Assembly (NCBI RefSeq): GCF_040938485.1
Contig: NW_027270911.1
Location: 682,001-746,000 of the forward strand
From: Diadema antillarum
Lineage: Eukaryota
Direction: 5' to 3'
Length of the DNA: 64,000 nucleotides
Shown here: one piece after another, positions 38,703 to 53,003 of the stretch
How the letters are laid out: every line of letters starts with the position of its first letter
Numbering within the stretch: the stretch's first letter is position 1
The notes under the pieces: generated by a model
What the model saw: only the letters and a program-made list of their open reading frames with translations
What the model was told of the DNA's origin: nothing
Database searches by the model: none
Translations under genes and position numbers: made by a program

Positions 38703-39283
38703 TATCAAAATACCACAAAATGTGAATCGAGTATGCACAAATACTGTTTTGTGTGAATTAAGGAATGTACTAAAGTAAATAATTATATCCTGATATCTGA
38801 GGCTTTTTTTTTATAAGTATTACTGTATGCAGACTTTGTATTCATCAACAAAAAGAACTATTTTGTATCAATGACAAGAATTTTTCATGTACCAGAAAGA
38901 CCCTAAATAAAGTCTTATTTGAAATTGAATTTATCTTTTTCTTTCTGATCCATTCATTCATTTTATCATACACTTGTACCTCAAAGATTGATTGAAACAA
39001 TTCACAGCAGCAGGAAGGAACAGTGCATCTAAATCTTTGTGCTCTTTGAAGTACAAATTTCAGTATTTTTTAACTATTTTTTCGTGTCCTCTAAGACTTG
39101 TGGATGACACAAAAATTTCTTGAAACCAACCATTTCATGACAAAAGGGCAGTTCAAACCAATTGTGAAAATTTTGCGACATTAGTAAAATCATGACATTA
39201 CAGTGAATTGCATGTACATAGCCATCCAATCCATCGCTAGAGAAATCACACACCGTTTCGCAATTTTGTTCCTTCTAATTTAA

Positions 39284-39368
39284 CCCGTTGAAGACGAGTC
39301 CTGATAATACTTGGGCAGGTGTCTATGAGAAATACATGTTACAGCAAGATCAGTCCATCCTCAATGGG
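39284..39368. mobile_element. 85-bp piggyBac-type MITE, copy 2
   Basis: TTAA|cccgttgaagacgagtc...gtgtctatgagaaat...caatggg; reverse-complement homologue of 27994-28078. Confidence 0.75.
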
Positions 39369-39777
39369 TCAGCACGATAAAAAGCTGTGACGATTTGCTG
39401 TGTTATGCTAATATTACATGTGCAATTTTGTATATTGTACCTACTGCTCTATATAACAGCTACAGTAGATGCAAAATGTACATTGTACGTCCAGTGTGCC
39501 AGGGCTATTGGTATGTCAGCTACTCGCAGCAGACTGCTTACTCCCACAGCACAACATGCGCATCATGGCGGCCTATGTCTCACACTGTTTTCCTTGCGTT
39601 ATAGCAGTAATTTCTTAACGGAAGGGCTAAGTACATTATGATTTGTAATGAGATATTTCTAAATGAGAACCGACCTTTTTTTTTTTCCAGAGAGAGAAAT
39701 AGAGGACCAGTTGTGTTGGTTTCATGTTGGATTCCACTCCAGTTCGAAGACCCACATCATCTTTGACGAATACAAAA

Positions 39778-39968
39778 AGTGGAACCTCGTTATAAAGAGA
39801 TTAGATACCAAAACCCTCCTATAACGATGTGATTTCGTCACTACTAACTCTTCATTTTTATTCATTTATTCATTTATTTGGTTGTTGTTCCCTGATATTG
39901 TGAGAAACTTGATATAACAAAGTAATTGTCAGGGGTTTTCAGGTCCTCGATGTAACAAGGTTCCACTA
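39778..39968. mobile_element. pogo-type MITE (decayed)
   Basis: agtggaacctcgttata ... gtaacaaggttccact inverted termini. Confidence 0.6.
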
Positions 39969-40460
39969 TGTACCACAAATGAGAGACCAAGAGTCGGTGC
40001 AGCTACATTGTAGATATATTGCATGTTGGTTTATCCACCATCCATAGAACAGAAAATTATACAAACATCATGCGAAAAAATATACATCAAGTAAAACATT
40101 TTACACATGTTATCCAATCATCACAAAACATCAAGGTTATAGTAACAACAGATCGGCTTATGCTTCAAAAGCTTGTCTGGCACATTTCACAATCATAATC
40201 ACACTTATGATGATTTTTTTTTTTTCATTTTAGATTTTGGCACCTTTTAAGTGGTGCTCAAAGCACTTTCCAACATACCATTACCAGCATAAATGGAATA
40301 TATCGACATAAACAAGACACTTGCACTATCACCCCCCCCCCCCCCCCCCCCCCCCCCCCGAGGTACACTCACACCAAGCTGCAACTCCATACTAACAGCT
40401 TCCCACCAGGTACCCTCTTAGATTTAATAATCAAACGCCATCTTCACTGGGTGCACCATG

Positions 40461-40842
40461 GGGTGTGTTCGAGTACTCTAAAGCAAACAAAAGCAAACTG
40501 AACCAAAGCGTACCGTACTGAACTGTGCCAGATTTGGAGCGTTATGTTTAGAAGAGGTCACGCATTTTGTAGCAAGAGGGTCATTCACCTGACGCGCTTG
40601 AACTACTTAGATGTCCCAAACAAAGAGAATGAACTCTTTGAATATCACGTATGTGTATGTTATGCGCATTTTCACATGCAAACTTTTGGTACACTTTCGG
40701 TACCCTTTTGGAGCACATCAGGATGTGGTCCACTTTTGGTTTGGTACAGTATGGTACGGTACACTTTAGGAGCGTTCGAGCGCTCCTCTGGCGTGGGTAC
40801 CATACAGTACAGTTCGTCTTAGGAGAGCGCTCGAACACACCC
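40461..40842. mobile_element. PIF/Harbinger-type MITE (3-bp TSD ATG)
   Basis: TIRs gggtgtgttcgag / ctcgaacacaccc flanked by atg on both sides; internal ggtac/gtacc pentamer repeats. Confidence 0.8.
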
Positions 40843-42075
40843 ATGGATAATTTGTCTTGCTCAATTACACATTCAAGTGCCACAGCTGGCCCTGACCTCT
40901 GACCTTTGTCACTGAAAGCACAGTGGACAGTCCACCTGACCACCATACTTACATCCATCTCTGGGAATTTACTGACCACTTTCAACCATTTTTTTCATGC
41001 TCCTCTTCAAATATAATGGATGACTTTGTCGTGGATTTTGAAATGGGGTCTCTTTTCGAGTCTGGATTATCTTTTATTCCTTTGTTGTTGTTTTTTTTCC
41101 ATGGATGACTTTGTTTGATTTTGATATGGAGTGTCTATTCTAATTTTATATTTATTTCAATAGTATTTCTGGAGTCCAGAAGAAAAGGCACAAAACACAG
41201 GAAAGAAATATAAGAAACATAGTCCAAAGACTTCTCACAGAAGATCATAATACATTTGAATTCATTCCAATCTACCTATTTGCTTTCCATCTTTGACTCA
41301 ATACTTGCAAAGCTACGCATCACAGCTACTACAATCTAGAAAGTGGTACACTACCCTTACTTATACTGTCGACATATATCTATGTAATCAGGACACATGA
41401 GCACCACTGACCTTGACAAGACTGAGGAGAGCTTTACCAACAAATCTGAGACATTGGCACTACACAAAGACATTGATAACAATAATGCAGAATATCAATG
41501 TTTTGGGCCACACTACATCTTGCAAAGGCCATGCCCAGCTGATGCACTACACAAATCATTCTTTAAACCGATCGCCACGCAGAGAGTTGATTTCTCTAGT
41601 GAATCTTACTGTATTCCCCTCAAGATTCAGATTTACCCACCATACAGTGTGCATAGAACTCTCCAGATAGTAACCCGTGGGCTTACGGGGTAATTACGAG
41701 ACCCCCATGGGGACCCCATGTCGCTTTCCAACGACTCCTCATTTCCCATCCCCGAGAATGATTCTTGCCAAAGTTGAACACTTTGAAAACTGATGGCAGC
41801 TTTTAATTGCATCAATGCGGTCATCCCTGGAACTGCCATGGAAGCTGTTATCTTTTCCTTGAATACCGTAGGTAGAGGTACACGTACCAGCTTGGAGGGT
41901 TTCTTACCAGGTCGATAAAAATCTGACTTTGCGGATCAAAATGTCTATCTCGAGTCCAAAACAAACTAAGGTGTAGTTATTCCTTTTGCTTTTGGCTCAG
42001 GTGAGCTACAAACTAAAAAGAGCATCCAGGTACACCACGATAGTTTTATGACATAATCATGTCTTGCACCTGACA

Positions 42076-42318
42076 TACTGTATACGCCATATATTTCGCG
42101 AGTCTAAATTTTCGCGAATCAGGACTTCGCGATGATTTCGCAAGTGATTAAATTGGCGATAGTGGAGTCCTGTACTAAACGGAGAGGTGTACACGCATAC
42201 GTCACATTCACATTGGGATCAGAATCAATATTTGCGCGTGTCTTTAATTTCGCGAATAGCACCCGACTCATGAAATTCGCAAAAATAAAAACCTCGCGAA
42301 ATATTCGGCGTATACAGT
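42076..42318. mobile_element. TACTGTATAC-terminated MITE, copy 2
   Basis: Closely similar to 38461-38702, same orientation. Confidence 0.85.
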
Positions 42319-44688
42319 GAATTAAATCAGAAAACAACAGCTGCATAGCTACTTTCTGCAGTTGTAGCTTCAGGCCTACATGGTATTCCAGTCTCTCCAT
42401 AGTTTGCTTGTCTCAGGATTATGCTTTTCATCTGTTCTATTTCTGGCTACAAATTATGGCTACAAATTACCCCAAGAAAATCTAATGGTCATCGATTTTG
42501 TGATTTTTCCAGCACACAGGCCTTGGGGCCCTTCCACTGGGTGGGAAGGTGACAAATTACCTATCAAGGTATATTGTATGCAAGTATGTCCATGTAAAGC
42601 AGTGAATAAGCAACCATCCTCTGCTAACTCTCAAATATCATTGTTAGCACATTGCAACCAACATATGGTGATTTTCCTTGTATTTCATACACATGACACC
42701 CAATACTCAGCATGAAATGTGTGAACGATGCACCATGGAAATTTAAACCAACTTAACAGCTGTTGCTGTTTTCTAACTCCCATCCCCCCCCAAAAAAAAA
42801 AAAAATGTTCAGACTGCTTACAAAATTACTATTAGAGGTAGACTTGATGGCAAAAATTATATCGCATAAAAAACATAAAAATTCATAATTATATTTTTCT
42901 ACCCTTTTCAACTGCTTTGCAGAGCCAACAACGCCAACTGGAACTCTAGGTACATGTAGTTCTCACACAAGCTTGCTCTCGACAATTTCTAAGACATCGT
43001 ACCCATTGAAAAAATACAAAAAGTCCTTCTGCAACATAGCATCCTTTGTTACATGATTTATAGTTTCACAACCTTGTGAATGATTTTTCAATCTATTGGA
43101 ATCGCTCTTAAAACTATCACAGAGACAATACTGTATAAAATTAATATAATTTACAGCACATCCTTCAAAATATGCTTTAACAATAATTGCACCTTTAATG
43201 TAAGACATTGAAATGGATCATATCAAGATCATAAGCACATACTATATATGACAAACACAAGCATAACCTTTTGGCAATGTCTGATCACGTAGCTTGATTC
43301 ACATTATACGAAAGTCACTGTGTTTTAATTTTTGGTAAACCTAGCTGAGGGCTGTGTTCGTGGTTATTCACAAATAAAAATACCAATATGTGGCAAAAAT
43401 AAAACTCATTCACATTATAATATTAAAAAGACAGTTAAAACAAGCATAGACCACAGCTGTTGCTTATGTGGCATTTTTTTTTAAAGCTCCCTTAATCACA
43501 TATAGCTTATGTATGAATTTCTCTAAAAGATGATTTTCACTTTATTTGCTTTGCAAATTTCTTTTCTCAGAGAAGGGGCTTTCCCATTAATCATTGCACA
43601 ATGACAATGCCAAAAATAGGCCGTTGTATACCCATGAAAATTTTTTGACAAAAGCGAGCAATCGCAAGAATGAGAAAAAGAAGTGTTTGGATATGTTCTT
43701 AGAACCAGCTTGAAAGATTTCTCATCAGATTGGCGTAAGTTAGCACACTATTGCATAGGCATTGGCTGACAGTGGCATAGTGTTGTGTACAATTGCATAT
43801 GCATGGCATATAGCAGCCCAGTGTCGCATAGACTTGCACATCAACTGCACATTTTTCCATCATGTGCTCCCCATCAGAGTTATGCAGAAAAATTAGACAC
43901 GTTTGATTATTTTGAGTACCCTGCGTACCCCTTTTTCATTGCTCCCTGTGTATTGTTACAATGAATGGCATAAGCACAGCGTAAGGTCGTGTAAGCTCGG
44001 CAAAGTCGCTACGCAGCTCTACCAAGCCGCTCTACCAAGCCCAGTGTGAAAAGCCCTTCAGATAAAAAATAAGAACTACAAATTGGTCTGTTGCTTTGGT
44101 GACCACAAAGTTTGCAAATAGTTTGGCCTGTATACCTGCACAGTAGAAATCAATGTACGGAAACAAACGTAAATCATGATTGCTTTTTACTGCATTTTTC
44201 CATCTTTTGCCCCTCTTCCTAACCCCCCCCCCCAAAAAAAAAAAATAAAAAAAATAAATAAATAAATAAATAAAAAGGCATCTATCTAAAACAATAACAA
44301 CAACAATTCTACCTTGTATCCTAGTTTTGCAATTTTGGTTATGGAGAAAATGTCATAATAATCATACAATGTCTCAAGAATAGCTACATATTTCTTTGAT
44401 CACCACTACTGATTTTATAAATTATCAAAGGCTCCCAGTAAGTTACAGAGTAGCAACAAACACACATTCATAAACACGCATAATGGAAATACCACGGGAA
44501 TCCTTGAATGAATAGAGTGCTGATGAAAACAGACAAGCACAAGAACACATTATTACCATCATAATATCTTAAAAAAAAAACATAATGCCTCTGGCACCCT
44601 TCGGGCGGAGGCATAAAAACAATCATTCTGCATTAGAGTCAAGTCATATTTGATGATCATGATTTAACTTTTCATGACAGGCATTTAT

Positions 44689-47600
44689 TCACATGCCCTG
44701 ATCTTTACCCAGACTTTTACCGTGTAGACTTGACGCGGCTATGGGTGCTGTCCAACCCCCGAATCCACGCTCCAACTCCCTGGCAACAGCCAATGTCAGA
44801 TGATCGCAGTATTTGTTCCCAACTACCTGCACTCCGAGGGGGAGTCCGTTGCTGCTAAGTCCCAGTGGGACCTGTGTCACCGGCAGTCCAAGGGCGTTGA
44901 AGATGCCCGTGTATGCCACGTTGAACGGGTACAGGAGTGGCGCATTGTGGAACAGCGCCATCTTGGGGTGGGTTGGGTAGAGGAGGACGCCGTCGTCGCC
45001 GAGCATCGTCATGATCTCATTGCGTAGTTTCTGGCACGCACGCAGCACCTTCTCTGACTTGCGCGGGATGACCCTATCGAGGGACTCCAGCAGGCCGAGG
45101 GCGATAGCAGGAACCGTGTGCTGGGAGCGGCCGACGCAACGCTTGGCTGCTTCCACATAGCAGTTCACGGCCGAGCCGTGGTCGCCCATCAGCGATACGA
45201 AGCTCTCCTCGTCTGCCGCCTGCATCATCTCGAACCAGAAGCTGATGGAATGGTAGAAACGACGGTTGCTGGTGTGCGTCACCTGAACATCTAACTCTTC
45301 CTCCAAGTACCGTGCTGCCTGCGATAGAAAAGATCATCAACACATACATCAACTTGATTTAGATTACTCTTGCATGGCAGCAACAGTGAACTTGAAGTCA
45401 AATCATCAAGGAACAGGCATAGAGGTATGTTGTGAGGTTCAGTTGTGAATTAGGATTCAGAAGTAATTAATCAATAAGCCAGTTCGTAGTTCTACTTTGC
45501 ACATGAGCAGAAAAAGGTCATTTGTACCAAGACGCATGATGGTTTTTAAATTTACGGAGATAAGCATCTGTCATACAATGATTATTCATGCAATCCTTGT
45601 AAATGATACATGCCAGTACATCCACCTGACATCAAACCTGGTATTTGGCAATACGAATAAAAACATGTTATAGTGCATTCAAGACAAAAGAAAGAAATGG
45701 ATGTTTCCCCTGAGGGTTGTTTGACGGACCATTCTGGTCACCTGGTCTCACTATGCGAGATCATTTTTTGTTTAACACGAATTCCATAAATTGTTACGCC
45801 GGGCAAACTTACCGGTACGCAGTATGTTGCTTTGAATACGAGTGAAGAGCCTAACTAACTGAGAAAAAAGAAAGGTCATTTGTACCAACGTGCACATGAG
45901 CTAATTACGAACTGGCTTATTGATCATGTCCATCATCATGATAATGCAGCATGCAGACTGATGGTTTCAGTTTCCTCAAGTGCTAATCTTTACAGAAAGA
46001 GAAACAACAGAACAAAAACATCTGCACAGAGTCGCACTTCAACAAATCCACAAAATTCCTAAGAACTGCCATTAACCCGTTGAGGGCGGACTGATTTTGT
46101 TACAATATGCATTTCTCATAGACACTTGCCAAGTATACTCGGGACTTGTCCTCCATGGGTTAATAACAAGATCATGATTTCCATGCACTGTTACAAAAAC
46201 AAACAAATAAACAACACTGGGCAATGTTGTGATGTGCATCCATTTGAAGTGATTGAGATAATGCACAGATTGTATAGGAATGTCATTAGTGTGTACAGTG
46301 TAAACCCATGCATGAGTTCATGGATATGAGGTGACGTACAATGTACATACACTGTAAGTACCGAATTCTTCTTCTTCTTCTGGTTAGGTCTGCCTCCTTC
46401 AACAAGCTAAAGATTCTTGCAGATTATGTTAGTTACATTATAATACAGTGTAGCATTTTAGAGCTCCGATATAGGAATCCCCTGAACACATCAATGTAGC
46501 TCTGCCATCCCTTTTCTCCATAAATTCTGAGTAGAGCAGCACTGACTAGATGAAGAGCTGCCATTATTTTCACGATCAAAACTAGGGAAGTTCCATATTA
46601 CGGGTAAAAGCAATCAGGGAGATAAAAAGGTTGCATGTTACATGCATCTCAATATTACTGTGATAACAGCTCCCATATCGGGTAGGCTTTCATGTTCTTC
46701 TGTCAGGATGTAAAGAATTTTTTTTTTTTTACTTTTCAGATAGAGACACAACACATATGTGGAAAATTCACGCTCAGAGAACATTTTACATCACCCATGT
46801 GCTAGAGAGGCATCTGCAAGCGAGCTCTCAATAGGTGTGTCATGATTTTTTTTTTTTTTTTCAATTCATGCTATGGGGGTCCACCTGAAAGTCAATTCAA
46901 AGGTACACAGGGCAGTGTACTGACCCTAAGCTGGGCATCCCTGAGTTCTGGGTCCAGCTTCGATACCAGGAGCTTCCTGTCGTCGGTACCCATGCTGAAG
47001 TACCTCACTCGCCTGAGGTCCACATGGGTGTCCAGCTGCAGCTTGGCCATCCCGTGCGGCCCGGCCATCACCTTCAGGAGCGGGGCGAGGTCCGCCGCAA
47101 AACGACAGATGGGGCCGGTCACCATCAGCTCGTTGCCCTTGCCCTCGCACGTCGGAAACTGGCCGACATTGGATACCACGTCTGCCAAACAAGTGGAAGT
47201 GGAAGCAAAGTTTGATGACGTTAGATTTGTGAGAGCAGGATGTGGTGATGAAACAGACTTTACAATTTAGCAGCAAAGCTCTAAATTCATGGGTCCCACA
47301 ATGTGGATGTTTGATTTTTACCTCCATGCGAATACTAATAACGAAAATGATATACAGTGGGTAGAATATTCCAGCCCTATTCGTGTCCATAGATCCATTA
47401 TTAGACTACAATCAATATCAATCACTTTCCATTCTTTAATTTTGTGCACAGCCAACATTGCTTTTAGTAAATGCAGTCATAGAAATGGCCAACTAAAAAA
47501 CTCTAAGAATCAGTATGGCACACTTAGATACAGCAGAATTTTAAACACATTGTATCATTTTTATCTTATTATTCCACAATGCCTCAGGATGTCTCATTGT

Positions 47601-50600
47601 TTTAACTGGCATTACAGCAATTTCCGATCTGCAGGATCATCAAACATGACCAAAATTCTTGTTTTGACTGTTACATTCTACTAAATGATGATTTTATTTT
47701 TTCTTTGAACAACTGTTATTGTCAACTTATCAATTTGTGACCTTGTTAAAAACAATTTAACAATATGCTTGTTAGGTTTTCCAGTAATAGAAACAGAATG
47801 TTTCAATATGTCTTTACAATTTAATTGTGGATTTGCCTGCAAATCTACAATCAACAAAAACTGTTCCAACTGGTAAAAGTTTTCAAGAGGTTTACCGTTG
47901 CTGGGTTTGTGTCCAAAGACGCCATTGAAGAAAGCGGGCATGCGAATACTGCCACCAATGTCCGCTCCAATTCCCATCACAGAGGCGCCAGCACCAATGA
48001 TGCAACCCTCCCCACCTGCACATAACATAATAAAAGAAGTGTACATTGGCATCAGGTTTGTTGACTTCTCACGACACAAACCAGCAGTACAACATTATGC
48101 ATTCAAACATGTTCACTGTGTGTTTTGTTTGTGTGTGTGTGTGCATGTGATGGTGCAGCCAGCACCCTATTCCATGCAAGACACCTAAACAACAAATGTT
48201 CCACTCTCGGGAGCCACAAAGGATTCGCCAGTGGCCAATCATTCAAACCTCTCTCTACGAGATTTTCCGTAGTGCATCTATGGGAGGAGCTAAAGATCAG
48301 CAAAAGGCAGGAAATAGGAAGTATTATGGTCCATCGGGAATAGCCTTCTTTTTATGAGGAGTATGAATAGGGACTCCTCACCATGAAGAAAATAATTGAA
48401 TTTTCTGTTTAATGGTTCATATAAGCAGCAGATTAATGTACAGCATTATTTACTGTTGTTGACAATTGTTTCATTCACCACATTCAATAGACACTTGCGT
48501 CATACTTTCATACTGACAACATGTACAATGTACATATCTAGATATTTAACAGCATAATGTTTTTCAGCATCTATGGATTGGTCAACCTACTTCCGTAATG
48601 TGAGGAAATCTTGCTCTTGAATAACGAGTACATTTCTAATTAAATTGATTGAATTGCATAGATATTAATCACACAAAAAACTACACAATGAAGGATTCTC
48701 ACTCGTATTATTGGCTACTCAGCATTTTAAAGTGTCTAAGGGGGAAAAAAAAATCAATCAAATGAAGAAGTCTCCTTGTGTTTTGAATAGCAAAAAATGG
48801 GGGAAAAGTATCCTTGTCTGCAAAACAGTTTTATTATTGCATGTTAAGACAAATCGCCATCCAGAGCGCTCACCAGAACTTCCGCCAACCATCCTCCTGA
48901 TGTCGTAGGGATTGCTGGTCTTGCCGTAGACATAGTTCGAGGACTCATACCACATGCACAGTTCGCTACAGTTGGTGAGGCCGAGGACGATGCAGCCGGC
49001 CTTCTTCATGTTGGCCACGGGCGGGGCATCGTTGGGGGCCTTCACGTCCTTTCGGCTGACCAGGCCGCTGGTGTTGGCCATGCCTGACAGGTCAGTTTTA
49101 GTTTGTGTTATGCCCATGAGGAGGAAGGCGCAATGAAGGCCTTTTGTTATTAGCTCTGCTAACACTACTGTCTTGTGTTATACTGTCTCTACTGTTTGTG
49201 TTATATTTGCCTTATAATCACATTCTGCCCCGCTAAGCTCAGCGAACAACATGAGACATTGTGGCATATTTTATACAGGTTATTCAAATACTATTCAGGT
49301 AATGGATAAATATGATTGTGCATCACTTGTAATGTTCTCCAAAGGACAAAACATTCCTAGGGATGTTCTCACTCGTAGAACATTCTTCTCTTCTCTTTTC
49401 TTTTTTTTTTCCCTTTGTGAATGAAGGATGCAGCTATGATAAATATGGGGCACATAATTCAAGTATACACTTCAAAACAGATATTGTGTACAGCTGTGAA
49501 CTGCTAGCTACAGGTCTGGACTTGTAAGTTATGTTGCAAAAATGGCTATCACAGTAAATTCAGTGGAAGGCATGCATTACTCTACCCATCCCATATAACT
49601 GATGATAACTTTTGATGATAACGATACACAAATAAAAAATGTTCGGACCTTAAGGTGTAAAGTGCTACTTCGAGAAAAAAAAAACATGACTTCATGTGTG
49701 TTTATGAATACATGTAGAGTTCTAGTTCAAAGTGGACCACAGTCAACATTTCTTTTCTTGTTTTCATGGCAGGATCATAGAAGACAAATGATGCTATATA
49801 TTTACTGACCTTTCACACTGAAGGCTTCCTTTATCGACACCGGCACTCCAAGGAATGGAGCATTCTTCTCTGAGAATCTGTCGGGCACATTCCCCGAATC
49901 AAGCATCTCATCCACCTGTCTGGCCTCAGCCAGGGCATCATTGAAACGCTCAACGACCATGGCATTGAGCAGGCCATTGACCTCCTTGATCCTGGCGATG
50001 TATGCCTCTACTACTACAGTGGAAGTGACCTGTCAAAAGCAAAAAAGCATAGAATTAGATAGAAAAAAACAGACATTTGTACACATCATACAGTAACTAT
50101 TCCTTGATTTCTAAGTGGCTGGCTAGGAAAAAACAAACAAAAAAAGAAACAAAACCCTCCCACCCCCACAAAAAAGAAAAAAATAAGAAATAGCAATAAC
50201 AATAAACAGTGATTACAAAGAAGACTGGGCAAAAACAAATTACCAACTGAGATGATATGTACTTTGTACAAGGGCAGATCCAGGAATTCCAAAAAGAGAG
50301 AGCGCCTTTACAAAATTAAAGGGGAGCACACATGCCTCCCCCCCCCCATTTTTTTCCTTTTTATTTCTATTGTTTTAACAAAGCTTGAGAACTACTAGAC
50401 TAACTAAATGTTATCCTGATGTTTTCACATAGTGTCAACCAAGGCATGTAAGTTTTTGGGAAGAAAAGGAAAAGACAGTATGGAGTAGCCAACATTTTGC
50501 TCTGGGCAGCAATATCTTAAAAGGGCTAAAATGTTCCAATTTGGAAGTAAATGATTTTTATAGGCACATTTTTAATCTTTAATTTGGAGTTCCTGGAAGA

Positions 50601-51237
50601 AAACCAGCACAAATAGAATAAAATAACAAGAATTGATGGGAAGGTGGGGGGGGGGGGGGGGGTTGAAGTTGGGGGGTCAATTACGCAATCTTAAACACAT
50701 GACATGTGCATCACACATGTAATTTGAGAAGCAGCACAGATGGTTAACCTTTCAGCAATTTGGCAGTTCATCAAATAGAACAGAAATGTAGTGGTTGCTT
50801 CAGTTCAACTCTTGACACATTTGTGTCAAGGGTCAGCAAATACACCTTGTAACCAATCATCATCTGGCATCTTTTTAGAAAAGAATGGGAGAAAAAGGAA
50901 TTTACACAGTGTAAATAGCAGTTCAGTAGGACTATGCAGGACAAGTCAAGCTTAGTTTACATGTACTATGTACATGTACATCCTTAGTGAAATGATAATC
51001 TTAACCTTTTGAATGTGTGCATCTTCAGCGAGACTTGAAGACAAATGTAAAGAGCAGACTAACCTCTCTGGAGCGTATTTTGCGAGCCAAGCTAACACCA
51101 CTCTCCAGCAGGAGGGAATCTCTGATTGCCGGTATCCTAGCCCTGGGGCGATCTCCATTGATCATCAGAGACAGAACGCTGATCAGCCCACCGATGACCC
51201 ATTCTAAAAACTTTTGCACCTTCTTCAAGAACGACAT
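44689..51237 (-). CDS. FAAH2: Fatty-acid amide hydrolase 2 (amidase signature family), 6 exons, 536 aa
   Basis: Minus-strand exons 51237-51064, 50029-49810, 49083-48874, 48015-47896, 47181-46925 and 45318-44689 total 1611 nt, all GT-AG. Catalytic motifs are intact: PFLGVPVSIKE (Lys), GGSSGGEG (cis-Ser) and GADIGGSIRMPAFFNGVFGHKP (nucleophile Ser). FAAH2-type features include TNCSELCMWYES and LGLPVTQVPLG...GLPLGVQVV, plus an N-terminal hydrophobic anchor. Confidence 0.93.
46076..46159. mobile_element. 85-bp piggyBac-type MITE, copy 3
   Basis: TTAA|cccgttgagggcggactg...catttctcatagacacttgccaagtatactc...catggg|TTAA. Confidence 0.8.
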
Positions 51238-52120
51238 CTTCGGGATTTCTCGCTGAAATTATCCGAGGAGTTGCTGCATTTTGAATAGAGAATTATAATC
51301 CATATCTATAAAATTTCTGGTGGAATTAGGTAGCGTTAAGTTTTATATATTTTCATGAATACTTACTGACAGTACGGGCACACAACAATCTGTCAACATG
51401 TCTACTAGTATTACTACTAGTAACTACTAGTCGACATCAACCAAAATTTACTAACCCGAATTTACCCACAACATGAATCATACTGTATATAGATTCTAAT
51501 TTCTACACATAATCAAAAATCAGTTACACTCACACAACCGCAAACATGACAAAGTAAAGCCAGGGCAAAGACCAAGACTCGTTCTCAAATTTCAAAATAA
51601 CATCAAACAAAATGCCATCATCGACCTCATTGTGGGATTAATTTCAAGAATGCATTCATTTAAACTTAAACTTGCTTTAATTTACTGAGCAGACTAGACT
51701 AGACTAGACGTCTACATGTATATCTCCACTGTCTACAAAATCTTGATCTGCGCTGCATCATTTTTCACTAGCATACATATATCACACACACATTACCCTA
51801 GCTAGTCGAGTCATGAGGGTTTGCTAAATCGAGTAAGTGATCTAAAGTCAAAACTGTAAACCTAACGGTTAGATAGAGGAGTAGAGGCTAGAGTAGTAGA
51901 CATTGTCTATTTCAGTCCGGGAAACCCGCTCATGAGGACCGCTCCCACGTACGAGGACTGCCCCGCCTCATGAGGACCGCCCCCATGCCTCATGAGGCCC
52001 CCCTATTCACTTCTATTCATCTCACATCTGACGTATAAATTGTCGCAACTTTGCACGGTGATTTTTTGTTACACACACATGTCCACTATCCATGATGAAA
52101 AGAAGAAAAAATCCTATCTG

Positions 52121-52237
52121 GTTTTTTTTTTCAAAAATCGAGTTTTAATCAACCGATGCAGAGCGCCCATTAAAACACACGTGTTTTAATGGCGCTCTGC
52201 ATCGGTTGATTAAAACTCGATTTTTGAAAAAAAAAAC
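52121..52237. repeat. 117-bp near-perfect palindrome
   Basis: gT10-caaaaatcgagttttaatcaaccgatgcagagcgcc(c)attaaaacac|ac|gtgttttaatggcgctctgcatcggttgattaaaactcgatttttg-A10c. Confidence 0.92.
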
Positions 52238-52238
52238 A

Positions 52239-53003
52239 GGGGTGGTATTCTGAGGTCGTAATTAAGTCTGTAATTAACTTCGTGATTAAGTCGTGAAGTT
52301 AATAGGCCCTTAATCATGGGCAAAATCGGTATTCTGAGGACGTAATTAAGGTATGATTAAGTCCCCTGTAATTATCTTAGGCCCCTCCCATCCAATTGTT
52401 ATTCCATCCAATCAGACGCGTTGTTAGAAACCAAAATGATGACTACACGCGCAAATATGCCCTCAATGCGCGCTCCTCCACGCCCCCTGTAATTACAACC
52501 CAAGAGCTCCGTGCGCACACTCCGGAATTTGATTACAACCCCTCACCTATGCACGCGAAGATCTCAACCTCTTTGCTCACATAAAATGACAAAATTCCTC
52601 GAGGATCGGCTATATTTCTTTTTTTCTCTGAATTCTACGGATACCATGATAACAAGATTCAACCGCTCCTCGGTTACCGAAGACGGTAAGCATCGTTGTG
52701 GCAGAGAAAACACGATGTATTGCATGATATCGGAGTAGTTAATGACACTCTTTTGTATCATTAAATTTTCCATTAACTTTCATACTTAATTACACCCTCA
52801 GAATACCGATTCGTAATTAAGTCTGTGATTAAGTCCTCTCAGAGGTACACGCGCATTGATACGCGCAAACGCGTAGGTCCTTCCCGCCAAAACGCTTGTT
52901 GCTATGGTAGTTAATATACCCCCTACTTAATCATGCTCTCAGAATACCAATTCGGTAATTAAGTGCTAATCAGACACTTAATGAGCTCTCAGAATACGGC
53001 CCC
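52239..53003. mobile_element. Harbinger-like element (GGGG...CCCC ends) inside the foldback
   Basis: Ends ggggtggtattctgag / ctcagaatacggcccc, with repeated taattaag and ctcagaatac subterminal motifs. Confidence 0.65.

Noticed and set aside
39542-39566. Minus-strand first exon with perfect Kozak (gccgccATG ATG CGC ATG TTG TGC TGT GGG A|GTAAGC)
   Set aside because: I found no downstream coding exons in 33500-39500 to join it to, so it is probably chance.
39691-39825. Plus-strand exon-like stretch after a strong acceptor (REIEDQLCWFHVGFHSSSKTHIIFDEYKK)
   Set aside because: It runs into a MITE, has no recognisable homology and no partner exons.
41397-41960. Short ORFs on both strands in the ECT2L-FAAH2 convergent interval
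   Set aside because: No recognisable domain, no consistent splice chain, and no codon bias like the real exons.
44581-44620. Stem-loop (atgcctc...cttcgg...gaggcat) in the FAAH2 3' region as an RNA regulatory element or terminator
   Set aside because: It resembles the terminal hairpin of Helentron-type non-autonomous repeats, the rest of the element cannot be delimited, and there is no evidence of function.
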